A stretch of 64,000 nt of DNA from Massilia eburnea (lineage in GTDB: Bacteria; Pseudomonadota; Gammaproteobacteria; Burkholderiales; Burkholderiaceae_D). Every line of letters begins with the position of its first letter. The first letter of the stretch is position 1. A model generated the notes under the pieces. It saw only the letters and a program-made list of their open reading frames with translations, had not been told where the DNA came from and ran no database searches. Made by a program: the position numbers and the translations under genes. The stretch covers positions 127,421 to 191,420 of the forward strand of contig NZ_WNKX01000004.1 of NCBI RefSeq assembly GCF_009720745.1, written 5' to 3'. Below, in pieces: positions 51,336-61,808 of the stretch.

Positions 51336-52137
51336 GCAGCCGGCCGAACAGCCCGCCAAGCGCAACCTGGACTGGCGCCTGATGCTGCGCATCGGGCGCA
51401 TGGTGCTTCACTTGCTGGCCGGGATGGCCACCTGCGCCATTGTGTTCCCCTTTATCGGGACGGAAAGGCGCAACGGCCATATCCGCCGCTGGTCGCGCCA
51501 GCTGCTGGCGATCTGCAATGTCGCCGTGCAGGTGGCGCCGGGCAGTGCTGCGGCGCTCGAGCATGGCATGGTGGTCTGCAACCACATTTCGTGGCTGGAC
51601 ATCTTCGTCATCAATGCGCTGTACCCGTGCCGCTTCGTGGCCAAGGCGGAAATCCGCGCCTGGCCGCTGGCAGGCTGGCTGGTGGCGCAGGCGGGCACCG
51701 TGTTCATCGCGCGCGGCAACAAGCGCGAATTGCGCAACATCTTCAAGGGCCTGGTGCAGGTGCTGCAGGAGGGCCAGCGCGTGGCCTTCTTCCCGGAAGG
51801 AACCACCGCCGCGCAGGGCACGCTGCTGCCTTTCCACGCCAACCTGTTCGAGGCGGCGGTCGACGGCAAGGTCATGGTGCAGCCGTTCGCGCTGTCCTAT
51901 GTCGACGCGGCGGGCCAGCCGCATCCATCGGTGGACTTCATCGGCGACATGACTTTCGCGCAAAGCGTGGTTAATATCCTCGATGGCAAGCCGGTACGCG
52001 CGCACCTGGCCTTGCTGGAGGCGATACCGGGCGAGGGCGCCCATCGCCGCGACTTGGCCGAAGCCGCCCACCGGGCGATCGGCAAGGCACTGGACATTGT
52101 GCCGGAGGCGGAAACTTTACAGGAGCAATCAGCATGA
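51325..52137 (+). CDS. 1-acyl-sn-glycerol-3-phosphate acyltransferase family protein
   Basis: HxxxxD motif (CNHISWLD) and FPEGT motif. Start ATG 51325 overlapping the pyrC' stop. Confidence 0.7.
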   Translation: MDAKQPAEQPAKRNLDWRLMLRIGRMVLHLLAGMATCAIVFPFIGTERRNGHIRRWSRQLLAICNVAVQVAPGSAAALEHGMVVCNHISWLDIFVINALYPCRFVAKAEIRAWPLAGWLVAQAGTVFIARGNKRELRNIFKGLVQVLQEGQRVAFFPEGTTAAQGTLLPFHANLFEAAVDGKVMVQPFALSYVDAAGQPHPSVDFIGDMTFAQSVVNILDGKPVRAHLALLEAIPGEGAHRRDLAEAAHRAIGKALDIVPEAETLQEQSA

Positions 52138-52646
52138 GCAGGATCAGTGTGCTGGCAGCCTGCCTGCTGTTGGCAGCCTGCGGCGGCGATACCTTTGCCA
52201 ATTCCAAAACCCTGCGCACGCAGGCCACGGAAAGCCTGGCGCAGAAAAACTTCGGCATCGCAGCGGACAAGGCGTATGCGGCGACGCTGAAGGCGCCGAA
52301 GGAAGCGGAGTCTTATTTCCTGCTGGCGCAGGCGCAGGCGCAATTGGGCCGCAAGAACGCCGCCATGGCTTCGCTGGAAAACGCCATCGTGAACGGTTTC
52401 ACCGACGAAGAGGCGATCAAGGGCAGCCCCAACCTGGAGCCGCTGCGCAAGTCGGAGGCTTACAAGGAATTGATGGCGGCAACCTTCGCGCCGGCTGCGG
52501 CTGCGCCGGCTGCGGCTGCGCCGGCTGAAGGGGGCGCGCCCGCTGCGGCGGAAGGCGCCGGCGACGCGGCCAAGGCCGAGGGCCAGGCCGCCAACCCGGC
52601 ACAGGCGCAGGCCGCGGCGCCGGCCGAGGCTCCACAGAAGCATTAA
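52134..52646 (+). CDS. Lipoprotein with TPR-like helical region and Ala/Pro-rich C-terminal tail
   Basis: Lipobox LLAAC-G. A 15-bp tandem repeat gcggctgcgccggct occurs twice (about 52487-52527). Confidence 0.5.
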   Translation: MSRISVLAACLLLAACGGDTFANSKTLRTQATESLAQKNFGIAADKAYAATLKAPKEAESYFLLAQAQAQLGRKNAAMASLENAIVNGFTDEEAIKGSPNLEPLRKSEAYKELMAATFAPAAAAPAAAAPAEGGAPAAAEGAGDAAKAEGQAANPAQAQAAAPAEAPQKH

Positions 52647-53488
52647 ACGCTCCGGTACTCCGGGCAATCCACCTGCAGCAGGCTGCGGTCGTCAAGGCAG
52701 ACGGCCGACAGCTTGCCGCCCCAGACGCAGCCGCTATCGAGCGCAATCAGGCGCGGCATGATGCGCAGTCCCAGGGCCGACCAGTGGCCGAAGACTACGG
52801 TGATGTCGCTGGTGCGGCGCCCCGGCACGTCGAACCAGGGCATCAGGCCGGTCGACGGATCGGCGTGCGCCGATTCCTTCATCTTGAAATCCATGACTCC
52901 TTCGGCGCTGCAGAAGCGCATGCGCGTCAGCGCGTTGACGATGCAGCGCAGGCGGGCGGCGCCGGTCAGGGCGTCGTCCCAGCGGTCCGGCTGGTTGCCG
53001 TACATCTCGCGCAGGAAGCCAACCCAGTCATCGCCGCGCAGCGCATGCTCCACTTCAGCAGCGAGCGCCAGCGCTTGCTGCGCGGTCCATTGCGGCAGCA
53101 CGCCGCCATGCACCAGCAGGTGCTCGCCGCGCATGATGGCCATGGGGCGCAGCCGCAGCCAATGCAGCAGGGCGTCGCGGTCGGCCGCCGCCAGGATATG
53201 TTCGATGGTGTCGGAACTTGATTCGGGACGGATGCCGTTGGCCACCGCCAGCAGGTGTAGGTCGTGGTTGCCCAGCACAGCGTCGATCCGGCCGTCGCTG
53301 CCCTGGCTCAAGGCCTGCACATAGCGCAGCGTGGACAGGGAATCGGGGCCGCGATTGATCAGGTCGCCGCAAAACAGGATGGCCGGCGGCTCACGGCCGG
53401 CCGCATGCTCGGTTTCCAGGATGTTTTCGACCAGGGTGACAGTTTCGCCATGGCAACCCTGCAGGTCGCCCACTACATAAGTTTTCAT
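52643..53488 (-). CDS. apaH: Bis(5'-nucleosyl)-tetraphosphatase, symmetrical
   Basis: MKTYVVGDLQGCHGE...GDLINRGPDS...GNHD calcineurin-like phosphoesterase motifs. Start at MKTYV using track coordinates. Confidence 0.85.
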   Translation of the reverse strand: MKTYVVGDLQGCHGETVTLVENILETEHAAGREPPAILFCGDLINRGPDSLSTLRYVQALSQGSDGRIDAVLGNHDLHLLAVANGIRPESSSDTIEHILAAADRDALLHWLRLRPMAIMRGEHLLVHGGVLPQWTAQQALALAAEVEHALRGDDWVGFLREMYGNQPDRWDDALTGAARLRCIVNALTRMRFCSAEGVMDFKMKESAHADPSTGLMPWFDVPGRRTSDITVVFGHWSALGLRIMPRLIALDSGCVWGGKLSAVCLDDRSLLQVDCPEYRSV

Positions 53489-53675
53489 AGCGAACAGGAT
53501 AACCCATGCCACTGGGGCGTGGCATCCGCCAGCGAAGTATCAATTGGTAAGTAAACGCGCCGCGGGCAGCGCCCTCGGCTAAAATTCGCGTCTGCCGGGG
53601 TGAATCCGGTACAATCGCCGCTTAGCGCGTTGGCAAGCTTTCTTCCGCGCAGCGATACTATACTGATAAGAACGA

Positions 53676-54773
53676 ATGTTTTCATTCCTCGTGAGCTTTT
53701 TTGCTTCCGCACTGCTGACCCTGTGGGTCATCAAGGAAGTGCGGCTGCATGGCCCCGCGCTGGACACCGATTTCGATGGCGTGCAAAAAGTGCACTCCCA
53801 TCACGTCGCCCGTATCGGCGGCTTGTCGATTTTCCTGGCTGTCGCGCTGAGCGCCTGTATTTCCGTCTGGCGCGTGCCGGTGATGACCAGCTGGATGCTG
53901 TCGCTGATGATGTGCGCGTTTTTCGCCTTTGCCGGCGGCATCGTGGAAGACTATACCGGCAAGGTCAGCGCGCGGCGGCGGCTGCTGCTGACCATGTTTG
54001 CCGCCTTGCTTGGCTATTTCCTGCTGGACGCCCGCATCGATCGCATTGACTGGGGCGTTTCAGCCTTGCCCCTGCCTTATTTGTGGCTGACCTTGCCGCT
54101 CACCGTACTGGCCGTGGCCGGCATCGCCAACGCCATTAATATCATCGACGGCTTTAATGGCCTGGCCAGCGTGGTGACTATTTGCATGTTGCTGTCGCTG
54201 GGTTATGTCGCTTTGCAGGTCAACGATACTTTCGTCCTGGTGACGGCATTGATTGTGGCGGGGGCCACGGCCGGTTTCCTGATCTGGAATTATCCGGTCG
54301 GACTGATATTCCTGGGCGATGGCGGCGCCTATTTTATTGGCTTTATGCTGGGGGAATTGGCCCTGCTGCTGGTAATGCGCAATCCTCAGGTTTCTACCTG
54401 GTACGCAGTATTGCTATTGATTTATCCCGCATTTGAAACCCTGTTCAGCGCTTATCGGCGCCTGTTCATCCGCGGCACTTCGCCTGCGATGCCGGACGGC
54501 ATTCATTTGCACAGCCTGATTTTCCGCCGCGTGGTGCAATGGGCCGTCGGGGCCAGGGATGCGCGGGCTCTGGTGCGCCGCAATTCACTGACTTCGCCTT
54601 ACCTGTGGATGTTTTCGCTGATGGCCGTGATTCCCGCCACGGTATTCTGGCGCTATTCATGGGTGCTGATGCTGTTTTGCCTCTTATTTATTGCTAGTTA
54701 TGTCTGGCTTTATGTGCGCATTGTGCGATTTAAAGCACCACGCTGGATGATTCGCCATAAGAAAATCCGATAA
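53676..54773 (+). CDS. Glycosyltransferase family 4 (MraY/WecA-like polyprenyl-phosphate sugar-1-phosphate transferase)
   Basis: Multi-TM protein with the IANAINIIDGFNGLA motif. Confidence 0.75.
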   Translation: MFSFLVSFFASALLTLWVIKEVRLHGPALDTDFDGVQKVHSHHVARIGGLSIFLAVALSACISVWRVPVMTSWMLSLMMCAFFAFAGGIVEDYTGKVSARRRLLLTMFAALLGYFLLDARIDRIDWGVSALPLPYLWLTLPLTVLAVAGIANAINIIDGFNGLASVVTICMLLSLGYVALQVNDTFVLVTALIVAGATAGFLIWNYPVGLIFLGDGGAYFIGFMLGELALLLVMRNPQVSTWYAVLLLIYPAFETLFSAYRRLFIRGTSPAMPDGIHLHSLIFRRVVQWAVGARDARALVRRNSLTSPYLWMFSLMAVIPATVFWRYSWVLMLFCLLFIASYVWLYVRIVRFKAPRWMIRHKKIR

Positions 54774-54821
54774 GGTACTCGTGTATACTTCAGTGACCGA
54801 AATTCAATAGAGGATAGGAAG

Positions 54822-55136
54822 ATGGACCTGTCGAAATTGTCGTCCCCTGAATTACGCAACCTGCAAGAGCAGATTAAGCGTGAGTTAAAACAGCGCGAAG
54901 GCATGGATAAGCAAAAGGCGCGCGAACAGATTTTCGCCATCGCCCAGCAATCCGGCGTGCCGCTGAAAGAATTGCTGGCCGGCTTCCCGGGCAGCCGCAA
55001 CAAGGGCGGGAAGGTCGAGGCGCGCTATCGCAATCCGGGCAATGCCAACGAACAGTGGACTGGCCGCGGCCGCCAGCCGAAGTGGGTGCGCGACTGGGTC
55101 GACAGCGGAAAGTCGATCGACGGACTGCGCATCTGA
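54822..55136 (+). CDS. H-NS-like nucleoid-associated DNA-binding protein
   Basis: N-terminal coiled coil, and C-terminal H-NS DNA-binding motif ...RYRNPGNANEQWTGRGRQPKWV... AT-rich upstream region. Confidence 0.75.
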   Translation: MDLSKLSSPELRNLQEQIKRELKQREGMDKQKAREQIFAIAQQSGVPLKELLAGFPGSRNKGGKVEARYRNPGNANEQWTGRGRQPKWVRDWVDSGKSIDGLRI

Positions 55137-55164
55137 ACTCATTTTTTCAAACTTCAAGTTTTCT

Positions 55165-56544
55165 ATGGTTGCTCTCTCCAAATCCATCTTCAAGGCCTAC
55201 GATATCCGTGGAATTATCGGTAAAACACTGGACGAAGGCGTGGCCCGGTCCATCGGCCATGCGTTCGGCCTGGCCGCTGCCGCCAAGGGAGAGCGCAGCG
55301 TGGTCATTGGCCGCGACGGCCGCTTGTCCGGCCCGGGCCTGATCGCCGCCCTGGCGCAAGGGCTGCAGGCTGCCGGCGTTGACGTGATCGACCTGGGCGT
55401 TGTGGCCACCCCGATGGTGTACTACGGCACCCAGGTGCTCGATACGCGTTCCGGCATGATGGTCACCGGAAGCCATAATCCGCCCGACTACAACGGCTTC
55501 AAGATGGTGCTGAAGGGCGAGGCGATCCACGGCGAAGCCATCAGCGGCCTGTACGACGCCATTGCCGCCGGCCTGCAGCCGGCAGCTGCCGCCGGCAAGT
55601 ACGGCACTTACGATATCCGCGAGCAGTACCTGCAGCGCATCATCGGCGACGTCAAGATTGCGCGCCCGATCAAGATCGCGGTCGATTGCGGCAACGGCGT
55701 GGCCGGCGCTTTCGCGGGCGACCTGTATCGCGGCATGGGCTGCGAAGTGATCGAGCTGTTCTGCGAAGTGGACGGCACCTTCCCCAACCACCACCCGGAT
55801 CCGGCGCACCCGGAAAACCTGCAGGACCTGATCAAGGCGCTGCAGGAGACCGATGCCGAGATCGGCCTGGCTTTTGACGGCGACGGCGACCGCCTGGGCA
55901 TCGTTACCAAGGACGGCCAGATCATCTTCCCGGACCGCCAGATGATGCTGTTCGCCGAGGACGTGCTGACCCGCCATCCGGGCGAGCAGATCCTGTATGA
56001 CGTGAAATGCACGCGCCACCTGGCGCCCTACATCGAGAAGGCAGGCGGCAAGCCGCTGATGTACAAGACCGGCCACTCCCTGGTGAAGGCCAAGCTGAAG
56101 GAAACCGGCGCCCCGCTGGGCGGCGAAATGAGCGGCCATATCTTCTTCAAGGACCGCTGGTACGGCTTTGACGACGGCTTGTACGCCGGCGCGCGCATGC
56201 TGGAAATCCTGACCCGCCACGCCGATCCGTCGGCCCTGCTGAACGCGCTGCCCAAATCGGACAGCACGCCGGAACTGCACCTGCACCTGAACGAAGGCGA
56301 GAATTACTCGCTGATGGCCAAGCTCGTGGCCGAGGCGAAATTCCCGGGAAATGAGCGCGTGATCGACATCGACGGCCTGCGCGTGGAATACGCCGACGGC
56401 TTTGGCCTGGCGCGTTCCTCCAACACCACGCCGGTGATCGTGATGCGTTTCGAGGCGGAGAGCCCGGCGGCGCTGGCGCGCATCCAGGGCCAGTTCCGCG
56501 AAGTGATCCTGGCTGCCAAGCCTGACGCACAGTTGCCGTTCTAA
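55165..56544 (+). CDS. Phosphomannomutase/phosphoglucomutase (AlgC/ManB type)
   Basis: Active-site TGSHNPPDYNGFK, and GDGDRLG. Start at MVALSK (ATG 55165). Confidence 0.85.
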   Translation: MVALSKSIFKAYDIRGIIGKTLDEGVARSIGHAFGLAAAAKGERSVVIGRDGRLSGPGLIAALAQGLQAAGVDVIDLGVVATPMVYYGTQVLDTRSGMMVTGSHNPPDYNGFKMVLKGEAIHGEAISGLYDAIAAGLQPAAAAGKYGTYDIREQYLQRIIGDVKIARPIKIAVDCGNGVAGAFAGDLYRGMGCEVIELFCEVDGTFPNHHPDPAHPENLQDLIKALQETDAEIGLAFDGDGDRLGIVTKDGQIIFPDRQMMLFAEDVLTRHPGEQILYDVKCTRHLAPYIEKAGGKPLMYKTGHSLVKAKLKETGAPLGGEMSGHIFFKDRWYGFDDGLYAGARMLEILTRHADPSALLNALPKSDSTPELHLHLNEGENYSLMAKLVAEAKFPGNERVIDIDGLRVEYADGFGLARSSNTTPVIVMRFEAESPAALARIQGQFREVILAAKPDAQLPF

Positions 56545-57510
56545 ATGAATATCCTCCTGGTGCGCGTTTCCTCGATGGGCGACGTGCTGCACAATATGCC
56601 CATCGTGGCCGACATCAAGCGCCATTTTCCCGATGCGAACGTCGACTGGGTGGTGGAGGAGGGGTATGTCAGCCTGGTGCGCCTGAACCCCATGGTGCGC
56701 AAGATCCTGCCGTGGGGCCTGCGCCGCTGGCGCAAGAGCCTGGGCAAGAAGGAAACGCGCGCCGAGATCAGCGCCTTTTTCCGCGACCTGCGCGCAGTAG
56801 AGTACGACTATGTCTTCGACACCCAGGGCTTGCTGAAGACCGGCATCCTGATGGGCGCCGCGCGCGGCAAGCACAAGATCGGCATGGCCAACGGCACCGA
56901 AGGTTCGGGCTACGAGGGTTTATCGCGCATTTTCCACAGCAGGAGCATACCGATCGAGCGCCGTACGCACGCAGTGGCGCGCGGCCGCGTGATCGTGGCC
57001 GAGGCGCTGGGCTTCAGGGCGGACACCCCGGCCGACTTCGGCCTGCCGGAAATACCGGCCAGCGAGCCGCGCCCGGAGTGGATGGGCGAAGCGCCGTACG
57101 CAGTGTTCTTCCACGGCACGGCGCGCGACGCCAAGAAGTGGGCTGCGGCCAGCTGGATCGAACTGGGCAGGGCACTGGCGCCAATGCCGGTGCTGCTGCC
57201 ATGGGGCTCGCTCAAGGAAAAAGCGGAAGCCGAAGCGCTGGCCGCCGCCATTCCGAACGCGCGCGTACTGCCGAAACTGCCGATGGCCGATGCCGTCATG
57301 CTGGCGCGCCGCGCCGCCCTGGCGGTGGGCGTGGACACCGGCCTGACCCATATCGCGGCTGCCTTCTCGCGTCCCGTTGTGGAAATCTATACCGATTCGC
57401 CGCGCTGGAAGACGGAAGGCAACTGGTCGCCGCGCATCGTCAACCTGGGCGACGCGGGTTCGCCGCCCGGCGTGGCCGAAGTGCTGGCCGCCGCCAAGAG
57501 CCTGCTCTGA
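56545..57510 (+). CDS. waaC: ADP-heptose:LPS heptosyltransferase I
   Basis: MNILLVRVSSMGDVLHNMPIVADIKRHFPDANVDWVVEE... GT9 family. Immediately follows the mutase gene. Confidence 0.8.
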   Translation: MNILLVRVSSMGDVLHNMPIVADIKRHFPDANVDWVVEEGYVSLVRLNPMVRKILPWGLRRWRKSLGKKETRAEISAFFRDLRAVEYDYVFDTQGLLKTGILMGAARGKHKIGMANGTEGSGYEGLSRIFHSRSIPIERRTHAVARGRVIVAEALGFRADTPADFGLPEIPASEPRPEWMGEAPYAVFFHGTARDAKKWAAASWIELGRALAPMPVLLPWGSLKEKAEAEALAAAIPNARVLPKLPMADAVMLARRAALAVGVDTGLTHIAAAFSRPVVEIYTDSPRWKTEGNWSPRIVNLGDAGSPPGVAEVLAAAKSLL

Positions 57511-57512
57511 GC

Positions 57513-58796
57513 ATGCGCATCTTTTACACCTTGATGTGGTGGCTGGCCTTGCCCCTGGTGCTGGGCCGCCTGTGGTGGCGCGGCCGCAAGGAACCGGGCT
57601 ACCGCCAGTATTGGGGCGAGCGCCTGGGCTTTTATGGCGCCCGCGCCGCCAACGATGAACCGGCTACCATCTGGGTGCATGCGGTGTCGGTGGGCGAAAC
57701 GCGCGCCGCCGAACCGCTGGTCGACGCTCTGCTGGCGAAATACCCGCAGGCGCGCATCGTACTGACCTGCATGACGCCGACCGGCCGGGCCACCGGCAAA
57801 AGCCTGTTCGCCAAGCACGGTGCGCGTCTGGTGCAGTCTTACCTGCCTTACGACATGCCGCTGCTGGTGGCGCGCTTCATCCGCCATTTCGAACCGCGCA
57901 TCTGCATCCTGATGGAGACCGAGGTGTGGCCGAACCTGATCCTGCAATGCGGCCGCGACCAAGTACCGGTAGTGCTGGCCAACGCCCGCCTGAGCGAACG
58001 TTCGCTGGGCAAGGCGCTGCGCTTCGGCAAGGCGATTCGCGATGCGGCGCAGGGCATCTCGCTGGTGGCTGCGCAGACCGAAGCCGATGCGCAGCGCATC
58101 CGCACGCTGGGCGCTTCGCATGTGAGCGTCACCGGCAGCATCAAGTTCGACGTGGCGATTCCGCCGGCTGCCCTGGCGGCCGGCGCGCAATTGCGCCGGC
58201 AGTTCGGCCAGCGCCCGGTGTTCCTGTGCGCCAGTACGCGCGAAGGCGAGGAGGGCATGATCCTGGACGCTTTCCGGTCTGCTCGCGCCTCGCTGCCGGC
58301 CAATGTGCTGCTGCTGATCGTGCCGCGCCATCCGCAACGCTTCAGCGAGGTGGCCGCCATGGTGGAGGAGCGCGGACTGTCGGTGCAGCTGCGTTCCGCC
58401 TTGAAGGAGGCCGGCGCCAGCGTCGCGCCAGGGACCGAAGTGGTGCTGGGCGACTCGATGGGCGAAATGTTCGCCTACTATTCCGCTTGCGACCTGGCCT
58501 TCATCGGCGGCAGCCTGCAGCCGCTGGGCGGGCAGAACCTGATCGAGCCGGCCGCGCTGGGCAAGCCGGTGATTGTCGGAGAGCACACCTTCAATTTTGC
58601 GCAAGCGACGGAAGACTGCATACAGCAGGGCGGCGCGGTGCGCGTGGCAAACAGCGACGCCCTGATGCAGCAAGTGGCGCGCCTGCTGGCTGACAGCGAG
58701 GCGCGCGACGCCATGGGCGCCCATGCCCTCACCTTTGCCAATAGCCACCGCGGCGCCACGGCCCGCACCATCGCATTGCTTCCAGACTTGAAGTGA
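57513..58796 (+). CDS. waaA: 3-deoxy-D-manno-octulosonic acid (Kdo) transferase
   Basis: ...IWVHAVSVGETRAAEPLV... KdtA family. Start at MRIFYT (ATG 57513), in frame inside the longer track ORF that begins at 56712. Confidence 0.85.
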   Translation: MRIFYTLMWWLALPLVLGRLWWRGRKEPGYRQYWGERLGFYGARAANDEPATIWVHAVSVGETRAAEPLVDALLAKYPQARIVLTCMTPTGRATGKSLFAKHGARLVQSYLPYDMPLLVARFIRHFEPRICILMETEVWPNLILQCGRDQVPVVLANARLSERSLGKALRFGKAIRDAAQGISLVAAQTEADAQRIRTLGASHVSVTGSIKFDVAIPPAALAAGAQLRRQFGQRPVFLCASTREGEEGMILDAFRSARASLPANVLLLIVPRHPQRFSEVAAMVEERGLSVQLRSALKEAGASVAPGTEVVLGDSMGEMFAYYSACDLAFIGGSLQPLGGQNLIEPAALGKPVIVGEHTFNFAQATEDCIQQGGAVRVANSDALMQQVARLLADSEARDAMGAHALTFANSHRGATARTIALLPDLK

Positions 58797-58887
58797 CAAA
58801 TGTCATGACGAAGTCGTGGCATTTCAATCTGGTGCCCTTGGGCGGCAATCCGGATACTGCGTTCACCTGACCACAAGGAGAACCGCA

Positions 58888-60675
58888 ATGCTGAAACTGT
58901 TAGTCGCCGCCAGCCTGGCCTGCGCCCTGCCTGCCATGGCTGTTGAAGCCACCCTGATCAAGGATGTCCGCGTCTTCGACGGGCAGCAGGTGTACGCCAA
59001 GCGCAGCGTGCTGCTGGAAGGCGGCAAGATCGCCAGCGCCGACTTCAAAGGCAAGGCGCCCGACGGCGCGCAAGTGGTCGACGGCGCCGGCCGCACCCTG
59101 ATGCCGGGCCTGATCGACTCCCATACCCACAGCTTCCAGCATTTCGAGCTGCCCCTGGTGTTTGGCGTGACCAGCGAACTGGATATGTTTACCGCCGTGC
59201 CGCTTCTGCAGGAAATGAACGGCCGCATGCAGCGCGGCGAAAACCGGGACCGGCCTGACATCATTTCGGCCGGCATCCTCGCCACGGTGCCAGGCGGACA
59301 TGGCACCGAATACGGCATGGCCATCCCGACCCTGACCAAGCCGGAAGAGGCGCAGCCCTGGGTCGACGCCCGCATTGCAGAAGGCTCGCACTTCATCAAG
59401 ATCGTGATGGAACCCGGCTGGCCGGGCCACCCGATGCCCTCGCTGGACCGCGCTACGGTGAAAGCGCTGGTTGCGGCCGCCCACAAGCGCGGCAAGATGG
59501 CGGTGGTGCACATCTCCAATCCAGCGGATGCCCGCGCCGCACTGGAAGAAGGCGCAGATGGCCTGGTGCACCTGTTCAGCGGCGAGTCGATTTCGGGGAC
59601 GGACCTCAAGTCCTTCGTCAAGCTGGCGCATGATCGCAAAGCCTTCATCATTCCGACCTTCAGCGTGCTGGAAAGCGTGGCCGGCCTGAAGGAAAAGGAC
59701 GTGCTGGAAGATAAGAAGATGATGGCACTGCTGACGAGCGACCAGATCGTACCGCTCAATTCACCCTACGGAAAAACGGAAATGGCGCAGCGCATGAACG
59801 CCACCAGGGAAGTGGTGGCAGCGCTGCGCAATGCCGGCGTGCCGCTGCTGGCGGGCACCGATGCCGGCAATGGCGGCACCCAGGCCGGCGCCAGCCTGCA
59901 CCACGAGTTGCTGTCCCTGACCCAGGCCGGCCTGACGCCGCTGGAAGCGCTGCGTTCCGCCACGTCGGTGCCAGCCAAAGCGTTCCACCTGGCCGAGCGC
60001 GGCGTGATCGCCAAAGGCGCCAAGGCCGACCTGGTGCTGGTCGATGGCGACCCAAGCCAGGACATCAAGGCCAGCCGCAATATCGTCGAAGTCTGGAAGG
60101 ATGGAGCGACCGTGTCGGAGCGCCGCAAGGCACAGCAGGAGCTGGTGGCGAAGGAACTGAGCGCGCCCAAAGCCGCGCCACTGGTGCTGCCAGCCGACGG
60201 CATGATCAGCCTGTTCAGCAAAGAAAAACTGGCCAGCCCTTTCGGTACCGGCTGGGTGCCTTCGAACGACGCTTTCCTGGGTGGTAAATCCACCGTGAAC
60301 CTGGAATACGCAGGCGAGAATTCGGTCAACGTGAAGGCCAGCGTGCAGCCGGGCTTTGCCTTCCCCTGGGCCGGCATCGCGTTCGTGCCTGGCAGCCAGG
60401 CGTTCCAGCCGGCCAACCTGAGCGCCGCCAAAACCTTGCGCTTCCGCGTCAAGGGCGACGGCCAGGGCTACCAGGTCGGGATCATGCATGGCAGCGCACG
60501 CATTCCGGTCTACCAGCCGTTTGCAGCGGGTGCGGAATGGCAGGAAGTGGCGCTGCCGATGGCCAGCTTCGCCGGGGTTGATACCAGCGCGATTACGCTG
60601 ATCATGTTCAACGCCGGCCCCAAGACTGGCGATTACCAGTTCCAGATCGCCGACGTGCGCCTGACTAACCAGTAA
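58888..60675 (+). CDS. Secreted amidohydrolase-family metallohydrolase with extra roughly 190-aa C-terminal beta-rich (carbohydrate-binding-like) domain
   Basis: Signal peptide MLKLLVAASLACALPAMA. PGLIDSHTHSF metal-binding motif. C-terminal domain rich in G/S/aromatic residues. Confidence 0.7.
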   Translation: MLKLLVAASLACALPAMAVEATLIKDVRVFDGQQVYAKRSVLLEGGKIASADFKGKAPDGAQVVDGAGRTLMPGLIDSHTHSFQHFELPLVFGVTSELDMFTAVPLLQEMNGRMQRGENRDRPDIISAGILATVPGGHGTEYGMAIPTLTKPEEAQPWVDARIAEGSHFIKIVMEPGWPGHPMPSLDRATVKALVAAAHKRGKMAVVHISNPADARAALEEGADGLVHLFSGESISGTDLKSFVKLAHDRKAFIIPTFSVLESVAGLKEKDVLEDKKMMALLTSDQIVPLNSPYGKTEMAQRMNATREVVAALRNAGVPLLAGTDAGNGGTQAGASLHHELLSLTQAGLTPLEALRSATSVPAKAFHLAERGVIAKGAKADLVLVDGDPSQDIKASRNIVEVWKDGATVSERRKAQQELVAKELSAPKAAPLVLPADGMISLFSKEKLASPFGTGWVPSNDAFLGGKSTVNLEYAGENSVNVKASVQPGFAFPWAGIAFVPGSQAFQPANLSAAKTLRFRVKGDGQGYQVGIMHGSARIPVYQPFAAGAEWQEVALPMASFAGVDTSAITLIMFNAGPKTGDYQFQIADVRLTNQ

Positions 60676-60680
60676 GGAAA

Positions 60681-61808
60681 ATGAGCATGATGCAGGTCAG
60701 GCGCTGGCTGGAAGGTCCCTGGGTGCCGCGGCACCTCGGCAAGGCGCCGTACCTGTGGCTGTTGTCGCTGAACTTCTTCTTCTGGAAGTACTTCTACATC
60801 AGTCCAACGCCGCTGGAGCTGGGCATGCTGGCGCTGTCGATTGCGGTATTCGTGCCGATCTATTTCGCCAGCTACTGGCTGCGCAACCGGCGCGCGGTGC
60901 CGCTGCTGCTGGCGACAGTGGCTTTGGGGATGGCCTGGGCGCCCTTCAATTTCGGCGCCTGCACCTTCTTCATCTTTGCCTGCTCGATGTGCGCGGCGCT
61001 GGAGCAGCCGCGCCAGGCCTACCTCGGGATCTGCCTGATCCTCGGCTCCGCCGCGCTGGTGGGGATGACGGTTGAACTGCCGCTGAGTTTCCTGCTGCCG
61101 ACGCTGGCAGTCGGTGCGCCGGTCGGTGTCGCCAGCGTGATGGACGCCCGCGTGCGCCGCTCCGGGCAGCAATTGCTGCGCAAGCAGGAAGAAGTCGAAC
61201 ACATCGCCCGCATCGCCGAGCGCGAACGCATCTCGCGCGACCTGCACGATTTGCTGGGCCACACCTTGTCGCTGATTGCCATCAAGGCCGAATTGGCGGG
61301 ACGCCTGCTGGAACGCGACAGCGCTGCCACAGCGAAGGAAATCAAGGATATCGAAACCACGGCGCGCCACGCCCTGGCCGAAGTGCGCAGCGCCGTCAGC
61401 GGCTACCGCCAGAGCGGCTTTGCGCAGGAGCTGGCGCAAGCGCGCGCCGCGCTGGCCGCAGCCGATGTGGAGCTGCAGGCGGAGGTGCAGCCGTTCGCCA
61501 TGACCGCCACGGCGGAGAACGTGCTGGCGTTGTCGTTGCGCGAAGCGGTGACCAATATCCTGCGTCACGCCAAGGCTACGCGCTGCCTGGTCAGCGTGCG
61601 GCAGGAATGCGGGCAAATTGTCTGCCATATCAGCGACGATGGCGCTGCGCCGGTCGACCGCGAAGCGCTGGCACGCGGCAATGGGCTGCGCGGCATGCGC
61701 GAGCGGGTTGCCGCCGCCGGCGGCCGCCTGGTCTTGCAGGCGGGCCAGGGCGCGCCGGGCAGCGGCCTGGCGCTGGAACTACATTTACCGCTGGGAGCTG
61801 TCGCATGA
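60681..61808 (+). CDS. Membrane-embedded sensor histidine kinase, HisKA_3 (DesK/LiaS/NarX-like) type
   Basis: At least four TM helices with almost no periplasmic loop. H-box RDLHDLLGHTLS. HATPase_c G-boxes. SD aaggaaa before the ATG. Confidence 0.75.
   Translation: MSMMQVRRWLEGPWVPRHLGKAPYLWLLSLNFFFWKYFYISPTPLELGMLALSIAVFVPIYFASYWLRNRRAVPLLLATVALGMAWAPFNFGACTFFIFACSMCAALEQPRQAYLGICLILGSAALVGMTVELPLSFLLPTLAVGAPVGVASVMDARVRRSGQQLLRKQEEVEHIARIAERERISRDLHDLLGHTLSLIAIKAELAGRLLERDSAATAKEIKDIETTARHALAEVRSAVSGYRQSGFAQELAQARAALAAADVELQAEVQPFAMTATAENVLALSLREAVTNILRHAKATRCLVSVRQECGQIVCHISDDGAAPVDREALARGNGLRGMRERVAAAGGRLVLQAGQGAPGSGLALELHLPLGAVA

Noticed and set aside
56712-58796. 694-aa track ORF overlapping waaC
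   Set aside because: Its 5' two-thirds is an out-of-frame shadow over waaC. The real gene is waaA starting at ATG 57513, where the KdtA-like sequence begins.
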